Source: a bacterium (GTDB lineage Bacteria; Calescibacteriota; Calescibacteriia; Calescibacteriales; Calescibacteriaceae). From it: a DNA stretch of 64,000 bases. The notes beneath the pieces were generated by a model, which searched no databases, had not been told where the DNA came from, and saw only the letters and a list, made by a program, of their open reading frames with translations. Shown piece by piece: positions 56,712 through 64,000 of this stretch. Location: contig JAUQOU010000002.1 of NCBI GenBank assembly GCA_030550715.1, positions 23,785 to 87,784 on the forward strand, in the 5' to 3' direction. Both the position numbers and the translations under genes were made by a program. Within the stretch, counting starts at the first letter, position 1. Every line of letters starts with the position of its first letter.

Positions 56712-56812
56712 AGGGATGGGCTGTCCCGAACTTATGCCCACAGAGGGAGGGAAAGTTCCCTGTAAAGCGGGAAGCCCTTCACTTCAGTAAATGGAGGAAG
56801 CCACACAATCTG
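56712..56812. ncRNA. candidate structured RNA of unknown class (GC-rich island)
   Basis: By my count 53 of 100 nt (56711-56810) are G/C, in an AT-rich 368-nt spacer. A 60-nt irregular hairpin (56718-56777) has about 20 mostly G:C pairs. Confidence 0.25.
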
Positions 56813-56857
56813 AAAATGCATTAATAATTTTTTCGGAAAATATTTTTTCAGGTATAG

Positions 56858-57556
56858 ATGATAGATAGTGAGATAAAAGATATACTCTCTGATTTCAAGA
56901 GATTACGCGATATTCCCCACTTTATATCTTTTGAAGGCATAGAAGGTTCAGGAAAAACAACACAGGCAAAAATTCTCACCTCAACACTTAAAAAAATCGG
57001 TTTCCCAGCAATTCTTGTGAAAGACCCCGGAACTACAAAGCTCGGAGAAAAAATAAGAAAAATACTGAAGTCAAACATAGAAATTTCTCCCACTGCTGAA
57101 CTATTTTTGTTCCTATCAGCGAGAAGGCAGCTTGTTGAAGAGATTATAAAGCCAGCACTCAGAAAAGGAAAAATCGTTATCTCTGACAGGTTCTCTCACT
57201 CTACTCTCGCATATCAGGGAAGAGGGAGAATGCTATTTCCAGAGACACTCCCTATGCTCTGCTACCTCTCAACGGGTGGTGTAGAACCTGAAATTGTAAT
57301 AGTGATTGATGTCAGACCGGAAGTCGGAATTGCGAGGTTGAAAGAAAGATACAAGCAAGATGAAAATAAGAAAGACAGATTTGAAAGAGAAGGAGAGGAA
57401 TTTTTGAGAAGAGTAAGAGAATACTATATTGAAATATCAAAGACAGAAGATAGTGTTTTTATTGTGGACGGAGAAAATGATCCGGCTGAAGTTTTCAAAA
57501 TGGTTCTTCTCAAAATCTACAATTTCTCAAAAGAAAAATACGGGTTGATAAAGTGA
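56858..57556 (+). CDS. tmk: thymidylate kinase
   Basis: FISFEGIEGSGKTT P-loop and the DRF...YQG motif. Confidence 0.85.
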   Translation: MIDSEIKDILSDFKRLRDIPHFISFEGIEGSGKTTQAKILTSTLKKIGFPAILVKDPGTTKLGEKIRKILKSNIEISPTAELFLFLSARRQLVEEIIKPALRKGKIVISDRFSHSTLAYQGRGRMLFPETLPMLCYLSTGGVEPEIVIVIDVRPEVGIARLKERYKQDENKKDRFEREGEEFLRRVREYYIEISKTEDSVFIVDGENDPAEVFKMVLLKIYNFSKEKYGLIK

Positions 57557-57576
57557 AGAGATGTATTTTTTGTTTT

Positions 57577-59085
57577 TCAGTATGGTTCTCCGTGTCTTTT
57601 TACTCTGAAATGAATCGGACTTCCATAAAACCCATAGAGCTGACGGATTATCTTTTCTATATGTTTCACCTGATACTTCTTCAGATTTTCTGGCTCGTTA
57701 ACATACACAAGAAATGTCGGTGGCTTTACTGTTAGCTGAAAAATTTTCGGGTTCTGATTCCTCATAAAATCAAGCAGAAGCAATCTCTCTCTTATTTTGA
57801 GAAGTTGAGATGGTTTGAGTTTTTTTATCCAGCTCTGGTAAGATGATTTTATCGCGGAAAGAAGACCATCAATACCATATCTTGTCTTTGCAGATACAGG
57901 AATAAAGTAAGCCCACTTTATGAACTTCAAAGAAGATTGCAGAGCAGAAACGAAAGTGCCTATCCCTCCTGCGGGTTTGAGTTCTTTTATTATATCTATT
58001 TTGTTGAACGCAACAACAAGTCCTCTTCCCCTTCTTTCTATCAGACCAGCTATAGCTTTATCTTGATGAGTTACACCCTCCGCAGAATCTATAACAAGGA
58101 CGCAGATGTCTGAGACAAAAATAGCTGTAAGAGACCTGCCTACTGACTTGAATTCAAGCCCTCCAACATCTACTTTTGATTTTTTCCTCAAGCCGGGCGT
58201 ATCTACTAGTATGAAATTGGTGTTGTCGAACTGAAACGGAATTCTTATTGCATCTCTTGTTGTCCCCGGCTTATCGTATACCACACATCTTTCATAGCCC
58301 AAAATTGCATTTATGAGAGATGATTTTCCAACATTTGGTCTTCCAACAAACGATATCCTTATTTTCTCTCTTTTTTCTTTTTTTTCGTCAAGTTCTTTAT
58401 TTGTTTCCTTTTCTGCTTCTTCGCTCTCTTTCAGAATTTCTCTTCTGAACGCAGATTGAATTTCTTTTTCTCTCTCTTCGTCTATTTTTCTTTCCAATTC
58501 TTTCAAACTCTGTATAGAGAGTATTTCTTGCATTTTAATGTCAAAGGTTTCTTCTTCGGAATAGAAATCTGATTTTTCTGATTTCTCCTTTTCAAGCTCA
58601 TCTGCTATTCTGTCAAGTTCTTCAAAGATTTTTTCTATGTTTTTTTTGTGGAGAGCAGATACAGTTATGAAATTTTTACCAAGGAGTGAGAACTCGGAAT
58701 GCGCAAGAAGTTCAAGATTTTTTGAATCAACTTTGTTCACAACGAAAATAAATGGCTTACCGCTTCTTATAACTTTCTTTCTTACCATATCATCTAAATC
58801 TGTGAAGCCGGAGTTCAAATCAAAGACAGCTATTATTATATCTGCTTTTTCTATTGCCTTATCTGATTGAGCTTTGAAAATCTCATACATGGGGTCATCT
58901 TCAAAAGTATATCCTGCTGTATCCATAAGTATATAGCTTCTTTTTTTTGAGTGAGCTATTGCCTCTACAACATCTCTTGTTGTTCCTGGCTCCTTCCATG
59001 TTATTGAGACAGAGGAACCAACGAGAGCGTTAAAAAGCGTAGATTTTCCCGTGTTGACTCTTCCAACTATTGCCACCCTTATCAT
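57577..59085 (-). CDS. der: ribosome biogenesis GTPase Der (EngA) with expanded charged inter-domain linker
   Basis: Two G domains (GRVNTGKS/DTAG/NKVD and GRPNVGKS/DTPG/NKID) plus a KH-like C-terminus. Confidence 0.9.
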   Translation of the reverse strand: MIRVAIVGRVNTGKSTLFNALVGSSVSITWKEPGTTRDVVEAIAHSKKRSYILMDTAGYTFEDDPMYEIFKAQSDKAIEKADIIIAVFDLNSGFTDLDDMVRKKVIRSGKPFIFVVNKVDSKNLELLAHSEFSLLGKNFITVSALHKKNIEKIFEELDRIADELEKEKSEKSDFYSEEETFDIKMQEILSIQSLKELERKIDEEREKEIQSAFRREILKESEEAEKETNKELDEKKEKREKIRISFVGRPNVGKSSLINAILGYERCVVYDKPGTTRDAIRIPFQFDNTNFILVDTPGLRKKSKVDVGGLEFKSVGRSLTAIFVSDICVLVIDSAEGVTHQDKAIAGLIERRGRGLVVAFNKIDIIKELKPAGGIGTFVSALQSSLKFIKWAYFIPVSAKTRYGIDGLLSAIKSSYQSWIKKLKPSQLLKIRERLLLLDFMRNQNPKIFQLTVKPPTFLVYVNEPENLKKYQVKHIEKIIRQLYGFYGSPIHFRVKRHGEPY

Positions 59086-59096
59086 ATCAGGCGTTT

Positions 59097-60428
59097 TTAT
59101 AATAAGGCGTATAAAAATGCGAATGTATCTTTTGTCATAGCGTAAGGCATGAGCAATCTTTTGATCTTCTCTGATTTCTCCTTTTCTCCGATAAGTTCAA
59201 AATATTTTGATACCTTTATGTTTGCCAAAATGTCTATTTTTTTCTTTTTCAGGGCACCGAAGCCGTTTTTGTTGAAATCAAAGTAAAGAACCTCACCTTT
59301 TTTTGAGTTCAAAACTTTCTCAAATTTTGCTATGAGTTCCTTATACTTTTCTTCTCTTGTCTCTTTATAGATTTTGTATAGAGTTATAATTCCTTGAGAA
59401 ACATCGCACAGGAGGTTAGAAGTATCTTTTTTGTTTGAGTGAAAGATTTTTATCTCTTCGTCAGATACTTCAACAAGTTCAGAAATAGCATAATCTGTTA
59501 TTTTCTTCGCTTCGGCTATCTCTCCCATCTCTACAAGAATCTCGGCTATTTCAAGATTCACATCAAAGAACAACCTCTCATCTCTTTGAGGTTTCTGCCT
59601 TATATCTCTTATGCTTTTTGTAGATTTATAGTATTCTTCATCTTCTGCGATCTTATTGATAAAAAAGTTCTGATTAGATAGGGTTTTCAAAAATTCAAAC
59701 TGCCGAACAAACTTTTTATGTATCTCTTCATCTTTGAATTTTTCGTAGAATTTTTTGAGTAAAAGTGCGTATTTTGCATTTATAAGAGAGCTTTTTTGAG
59801 TTGAGAATTTCAGAGGGTTCTCGGCGGACTGCGAAGAAAATAACCCCCCTTCTACTTTATCTTCTGCTTTTGAAAGGAGTTCAATCACTTTCCTCGCATT
59901 TGCTTCATCTCCATTTTTTATAAAGAAATCAAGCGCAAGAAAAAGAATCTTAGGAGAAATCAGAGATGATTTCAAAAGTTTATCTAATAGTTGAGGTATA
60001 GAGGAGTTTATCTGGTTTATAAATTCCGCTCCAATTTCAGAAAAAATCTCTTCATCATCTTCTCTGACATCTTCTGCTGCAATATTTTCTATTACATGTT
60101 TTTGTTTTGTGATGAGTGTTCCAAGTTCAACCATAAACTTTATGAAGGTATCGTAGTCGCAGAAATTTCCTCCACCTATGATTTTTCCATCTCTTGTAAG
60201 TATTATGACAGTTGGCGTTGTTTTCAGTGCGTATCTTAAAAATATGTCTGGTCTTTCTTCTGCATCAACTTTGATTAGCATATATCTTTGGGTTAGAGTT
60301 TCAATTCCTTTTCTTCCGAACACGCCTTTTTCCATAAACTCGCTTTCGGCTTCTCCAAACGACTTTATAAATAAGAGTTTATATCTTGGGTCTTTCGATA
60401 GCTCTTCATCTTTCCACTCGTGCCACAT
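59097..60428 (-). CDS. DUF255/YyaL-like thioredoxin-fold protein lacking the CxxC motif
   Basis: MWHEWKDEE...KLLFIKSFGEAESEFMEK aligns by eye to the W.W...KPIFLSIGYSTCHWCHVME pattern, with Cys replaced. I prefer the ATG at 60428. Confidence 0.4.
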   Translation of the reverse strand: MWHEWKDEELSKDPRYKLLFIKSFGEAESEFMEKGVFGRKGIETLTQRYMLIKVDAEERPDIFLRYALKTTPTVIILTRDGKIIGGGNFCDYDTFIKFMVELGTLITKQKHVIENIAAEDVREDDEEIFSEIGAEFINQINSSIPQLLDKLLKSSLISPKILFLALDFFIKNGDEANARKVIELLSKAEDKVEGGLFSSQSAENPLKFSTQKSSLINAKYALLLKKFYEKFKDEEIHKKFVRQFEFLKTLSNQNFFINKIAEDEEYYKSTKSIRDIRQKPQRDERLFFDVNLEIAEILVEMGEIAEAKKITDYAISELVEVSDEEIKIFHSNKKDTSNLLCDVSQGIITLYKIYKETREEKYKELIAKFEKVLNSKKGEVLYFDFNKNGFGALKKKKIDILANIKVSKYFELIGEKEKSEKIKRLLMPYAMTKDTFAFLYALL

Positions 60429-60505
60429 TGAAAAATAAATTCTGAATTTTCTCAAATGAAAATATAAAAAGCAGTTTTTATTATTTAGAGAAGGATTATA
60501 ATATT

Positions 60506-61378
60506 ATGATGCTTTTGAGGTTCATATTTATCATTTATGTTTCGACAACAATTTTCAAAATTATTTCTGGAATTATATCAGGTAATAATGCTCTGTTTTC
60601 AGACGGTGTTGATTCTTTGAAAAATCTAATGACTCTCTTTCTCTCTGCCTTTTTCTTTAATTTATCGCAAGAGGAAGCAGATAAAACTCATCACTGGGGA
60701 CACAAAAAATATGATGCTTTTGGTTCTCTGATTATCAGTGTTTTCCAGATTTTCATAAGTGGGATAACAGCAACCTATGTTATACTCAATTTCAAAAGGG
60801 CTCCGGAAGAGGTATCGCTGAAATATTCTGTTGCCTCGCTTGTGATGATGACAATTATAATAATTCTCTTTGCACTATATATAAGAGATAAAAAATCTTC
60901 TGCCATGAGAAGTGAGTTTTTTCACGAAGCAATAGACCTTCTCCAAACATTCTTCGTTGTCGTAAGCACATACCTTTCTCTGAAATTTCTGCCCGAGATA
61001 AACTCAATATTCTCCCTCATCATATGTGCCCTGCTATTTTTAAACGGAGCAGTAGGAATATTCAGAGTTGAAAAATTTCTTGTAGATAGAGCTCCAAGCC
61101 AAGAACTTATATCAAAAATAAAAGAGCTTGTACTTGAGGAAAAAAGTGATATTTCTGTTCGCGAAATAAAAACCTCTTTCTCCTCTGAAAGAACTATAAG
61201 ATTAGAGCTGACAATTCAGATTGATGGGAACTTCTCATTACAAGAAGCCCACAATATTGCCCACCAAATAGAACAAAATCTGAAGCAGAAGCTGAAAGAG
61301 ATAAACCTTGAAGTTGAAAACTGCTCAATTCATTTTGAACCAAAAGGGGCACATATGACAGAGATAGTTAGAAAATAA
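60506..61378 (+). CDS. cation diffusion facilitator (CDF) family metal efflux transporter
   Basis: SGNNALFSDGVDSL (TM2) and FHEAIDLL (TM5) motifs, six TM segments and a C-terminal cytoplasmic domain. Confidence 0.8.
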   Translation: MMLLRFIFIIYVSTTIFKIISGIISGNNALFSDGVDSLKNLMTLFLSAFFFNLSQEEADKTHHWGHKKYDAFGSLIISVFQIFISGITATYVILNFKRAPEEVSLKYSVASLVMMTIIIILFALYIRDKKSSAMRSEFFHEAIDLLQTFFVVVSTYLSLKFLPEINSIFSLIICALLFLNGAVGIFRVEKFLVDRAPSQELISKIKELVLEEKSDISVREIKTSFSSERTIRLELTIQIDGNFSLQEAHNIAHQIEQNLKQKLKEINLEVENCSIHFEPKGAHMTEIVRK

Positions 61379-61413
61379 GAAAAAAGAAAAATCAATGATA
61401 AATTCTTTGATTT

Positions 61414-62130
61414 ATGGATTTTGTGAGAATTTCATCAGTAATAGCAACACTATTTTTCGTCCCGGTCATCTCCTCAATGTTTTTTCTGAAATTTTCAAGG
61501 GAGAAAGCAAAAGTAATATTTCCTCTGGCTTCTGGTATAATACTCTCTGTCGTCTTTTTAAGAGTTCTTCCCGAATCTATTGAGGTTTCTTCTTCCGAAA
61601 AAGTTTCAATTTTTATGTTTGCAGGAGTAGTTATATCTGTATTGCTTGATAAGATAAACCTTTTGAGGGGAGAACACATATCTAATGAGACGCTCGCTTG
61701 CTGGGAGTGTGATAACCCTTTTTCTCCGCAGATATTTTTTGGACTCGGGATACATTATCTCATAGATGGATTTTTCCTCGGAGGATTCCTTCTTTCAACA
61801 GACAAATTCTTAATCTTCCTCCTTCCTATACTTTTTCATAAGTTAGTAGATGGTTTTATTCTTTCTGTGATATATTCTGGACAAAGTATAAAAAGAGCAA
61901 CTATGTTTATATCTCTTCTTTCTATCTTTAATGTTATAGGGGTTTTGTTTGCTTATAGATTGCTTGATTTCTCCGAGGTAGTTTCTATATTCTCTCCATT
62001 ATCTGCCGGAATACTGATTTACGTTGCAATTCACGATTTCATTCCTTACCTGAAAACAATAAGCGACTTTTTGATTTTCATCTTAGGAGCGGTTATTTCT
62101 CTCATACTTGGGAATTTTTTAATTCATTAA
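61414..62130 (+). CDS. ZIP-family metal transporter (ZupT/GufA-like)
   Basis: Polytopic membrane protein with GIHYLIDGFFLG and FHKLVDGF motifs resembling ZIP H..(P/V)(E/D)G boxes. Confidence 0.55.
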   Translation: MDFVRISSVIATLFFVPVISSMFFLKFSREKAKVIFPLASGIILSVVFLRVLPESIEVSSSEKVSIFMFAGVVISVLLDKINLLRGEHISNETLACWECDNPFSPQIFFGLGIHYLIDGFFLGGFLLSTDKFLIFLLPILFHKLVDGFILSVIYSGQSIKRATMFISLLSIFNVIGVLFAYRLLDFSEVVSIFSPLSAGILIYVAIHDFIPYLKTISDFLIFILGAVISLILGNFLIH

Positions 62131-62170
62131 ACTTTTTTCCTCTACCCGACCTGATGATTAATATTATTTC

Positions 62171-63232
62171 GTGCCCGAAAGAAGAAAATTAATTCTTTCA
62201 GCTACCATAATCTTATCATTTATTTTCACAAGCGTTTTTGCTTTCTTTCTGTATCTTTACTTTTTTGACTATGCTAAAAAAAGAGAGATATTAAAACCCC
62301 TGCTTATAGAGGTAAATAAGGGAGAATCATTAAAATCAATTGCAGAAAAGCTCGTAAGCATGAATCTTCTAAAATATTCTCTTTCTTTCAGAATATTTGC
62401 AAGGAGCAAAGCAAAAAAATTTATGGCAGGTGAGTTTGAACTTTACGGGAATCTCTCACCAAAAGATATAACTGAACTCCTCACAACCTCTAACTTTTAC
62501 AAAAGGAAAATAACGGTAATTCCGGGAGAAAGCATATATGAGATAGCAGAAAATTTAGTGGAGTCAGGCATACTGAAAAGTAAAGATGATTTTCTATATT
62601 GGGCTGAAAACCCGGAGTTTTTGAAAAAGATAGGTATAAATTACGAAACCGCAGAGGGATTTTTGTATCCAGATACTTACCTTTTCACAAAGAACTCAGA
62701 CCCAAGATTGATAATACACACAATGTATGAAAACTTTATAAAAAAGGTTGGAGAAAGAAGATTAAAATTGATGGGGAACATGGGATTTTACAAAGTTCTT
62801 ATACTCGCTTCAATAGTTGAAAAAGAATCAACTTTTGAGTTTGAAAAACCGATTATAGCTTCTGTATTTTTGAACAGGTTGAAAAAATCTATGAGATTGC
62901 AGGCAGATCCAACCGCGCTCTATGGACTGAAAATTTTTGGAACCCCTCCAAAACCTTTCCATCTCAGAATAGATTCACCTCACAATACATATACAAGAGA
63001 TGGACTGCCACCCACTCCCATATGTAATCCCACAGTATCATCAATAGATGCGGTTTTAAATCCAGCGAGAACCAAATATCTTTATTTTGTTGCAAAAGGA
63101 GATGGAACTCACTTTTTTGCGGAGACATACGAGGAACACCTTGAAAACATTAATAAAGTAAAAGAGATGAGGAAAGTAGGACAAAATGAAGAAATACCAG
63201 ATTTACAGAGAGAAACGGAGAACAATAGATGA
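62171..63232 (+). CDS. mltG: endolytic murein transglycosylase MltG (YceG family)
   Basis: N-terminal TM helix. LASIVEKE, LQADPT and SPHNTYTRDGLPPTPICNP motifs. Confidence 0.85.
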   Translation: MPERRKLILSATIILSFIFTSVFAFFLYLYFFDYAKKREILKPLLIEVNKGESLKSIAEKLVSMNLLKYSLSFRIFARSKAKKFMAGEFELYGNLSPKDITELLTTSNFYKRKITVIPGESIYEIAENLVESGILKSKDDFLYWAENPEFLKKIGINYETAEGFLYPDTYLFTKNSDPRLIIHTMYENFIKKVGERRLKLMGNMGFYKVLILASIVEKESTFEFEKPIIASVFLNRLKKSMRLQADPTALYGLKIFGTPPKPFHLRIDSPHNTYTRDGLPPTPICNPTVSSIDAVLNPARTKYLYFVAKGDGTHFFAETYEEHLENINKVKEMRKVGQNEEIPDLQRETENNR

Positions 63233-63286
63233 AAAAGGAATTAGGTCTTCAGATAATTGATTTTCAAATCCTTTACCTCTGATTTT

Positions 63287-64000
63287 TTAACCTACATTTT
63301 CTTCTGGTTTTTGAAGGTACAAATTTATCTCTTCGAGAATAGAGATATAGTCGTTTATCTGGAATCCGCCGGGTTTTTGTTTCCTGAAAACTATTTTTGG
63401 GGGAGACCATATATGAAATTCTTCGCCAAAAACTCCAAATATTTGTCCCGTTATATGTTGTGCTTTATCTGATATGAGGAAGGCGATAAGATGCCCGACG
63501 AATTCAGGTTTTGCAGATTTGAGTTTTTGAGCAAACTCTTCTCCTCTTTTTTTAAGAACATCTTCTGGAATAGCTTGGGTAAGGCGTGTCCATGCAATAG
63601 GAGCGATAGCATTAACTCTTATTTTATATCTTTCAAGCTCTTTTGCAAGAGTGAGTGTAAAGCCCATGAGCCCAGCTTTAGCAGAAGCGTAGTTTGCCTG
63701 ACCTATATTACCCCTCAGACCAGCAGGTGAAGAGAGGTTTATGATACAGCCGGAATTTTTTTGCCTTATCATCTCTGAAACGACGTTTTTTGTGCATAAA
63801 AAAGCACCCCGAAGGTGAACCTTCATTATCTCGTCCCACTTTTCAACTTCCATTCTGACAAGTAGAGAATCTCTTGTTATTCCAGCGTTATTTACAAGCG
63901 CGTCAATTTTCCCGAATGCATTTTTTGCGAGTTCTACTATGTCTCTTGCACCGCTTTCATCTGATATATCACCTATGTAAGCCGTAGCTTTTCCTCCGTT
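63287..64000 (-). CDS. short-chain dehydrogenase/reductase (FabG-like), N-terminus beyond the window edge
   Basis: NNAGI, SS...YASAKAG (YxxxK) and PIAWT motifs. The frame stays open upstream of the track's Met to position 64000. Confidence 0.85.
   Translation of the reverse strand, partial: NGGKATAYIGDISDESGARDIVELAKNAFGKIDALVNNAGITRDSLLVRMEVEKWDEIMKVHLRGAFLCTKNVVSEMIRQKNSGCIINLSSPAGLRGNIGQANYASAKAGLMGFTLTLAKELERYKIRVNAIAPIAWTRLTQAIPEDVLKKRGEEFAQKLKSAKPEFVGHLIAFLISDKAQHITGQIFGVFGEEFHIWSPPKIVFRKQKPGGFQINDYISILEEINLYLQKPEENVG

Noticed and set aside
56716-56790. 24-codon ORF (MGCPELMPTEGGKVPCKAGSPSLQ) inside the GC-rich island
   Set aside because: Its GC-rich codon usage is unlike every confident CDS here. 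The only purine-rich stretch (AAGGG) directly abuts the ATG, leaving no spacing for an RBS. RNA structure explains the region better.
56690-56830. Possible RNase P RNA, SRP (4.5S) RNA or c-di-GMP riboswitch
   Set aside because: GGGAAAGTTCC only loosely resembles the RNase P P4 GAGGAAAGUCC, and the island is far too short. There is no GGAA-tetraloop/AGCAGC SRP domain IV motif. No GEMM-like GCAAA...ACGCAAAGCC motifs occur on either strand.

Overview
The window is a compact, low-GC (roughly one-third G+C by eye) chromosomal segment with a Lys/Glu/Ile-rich proteome. It looks like a thermophilic, diderm, flagellated bacterium. Diderm markers are waaA, a GT9 heptosyltransferase and a beta-barrel-like protein ending in Phe. 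A bis-aminopropyl-spermidine synthase (DUF43/BpsA) is a thermophile marker. From memory the EF-Tu resembles Aquificota-type EF-Tu, but that is only an inference. I support about 58 CDS, 5 tRNAs (Glu-UUC, Arg-CCG, Trp-CCA, Thr-CGU, Ser-UGA) and the conserved tuf-rpmG-tRNATrp-secE-nusG block. rpmG and secE are below the ORF-track size cutoff and I found them by hand. I saw no rRNA, CRISPR array, transposase, integrase or prophage.

The content is mostly housekeeping and envelope genes, and normally clustered genes are scattered.

Observations most worth a second look:
1. A consensus sigma54 -24/-12 promoter (TGGCAC-N5-TTGCA, 50857-50872) with an upstream repeat array. It sits between a divergent, architecturally atypical sigma54-activator-like AAA+ protein (no sensory domain, about 100 aa inserted between Walker A and the GSFTGA loop) and an 841-aa lipoprotein gene. 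That gene is followed by a start-less OB-fold reading frame.
2. A small secreted cupredoxin whose only possible metal ligands are Glu88/Cys123/His126/His131. This is the nitrosocyanin 'red copper' pattern, and the gene lies next to an SCO1/SenC gene and a Cys-tailed MarR gene.
3. Three tRNA genes that each lie 7-15 nt upstream of a same-strand CDS lacking a Shine-Dalgarno sequence.
4. A four-cysteine cluster in the EF-Tu domain-I loop.
5. A 53% G+C hairpin-forming island in the spacer upstream of tmk.

All functional calls rest on motif recognition by eye. No database search was possible. I cannot show that any of these is a truly undescribed system.
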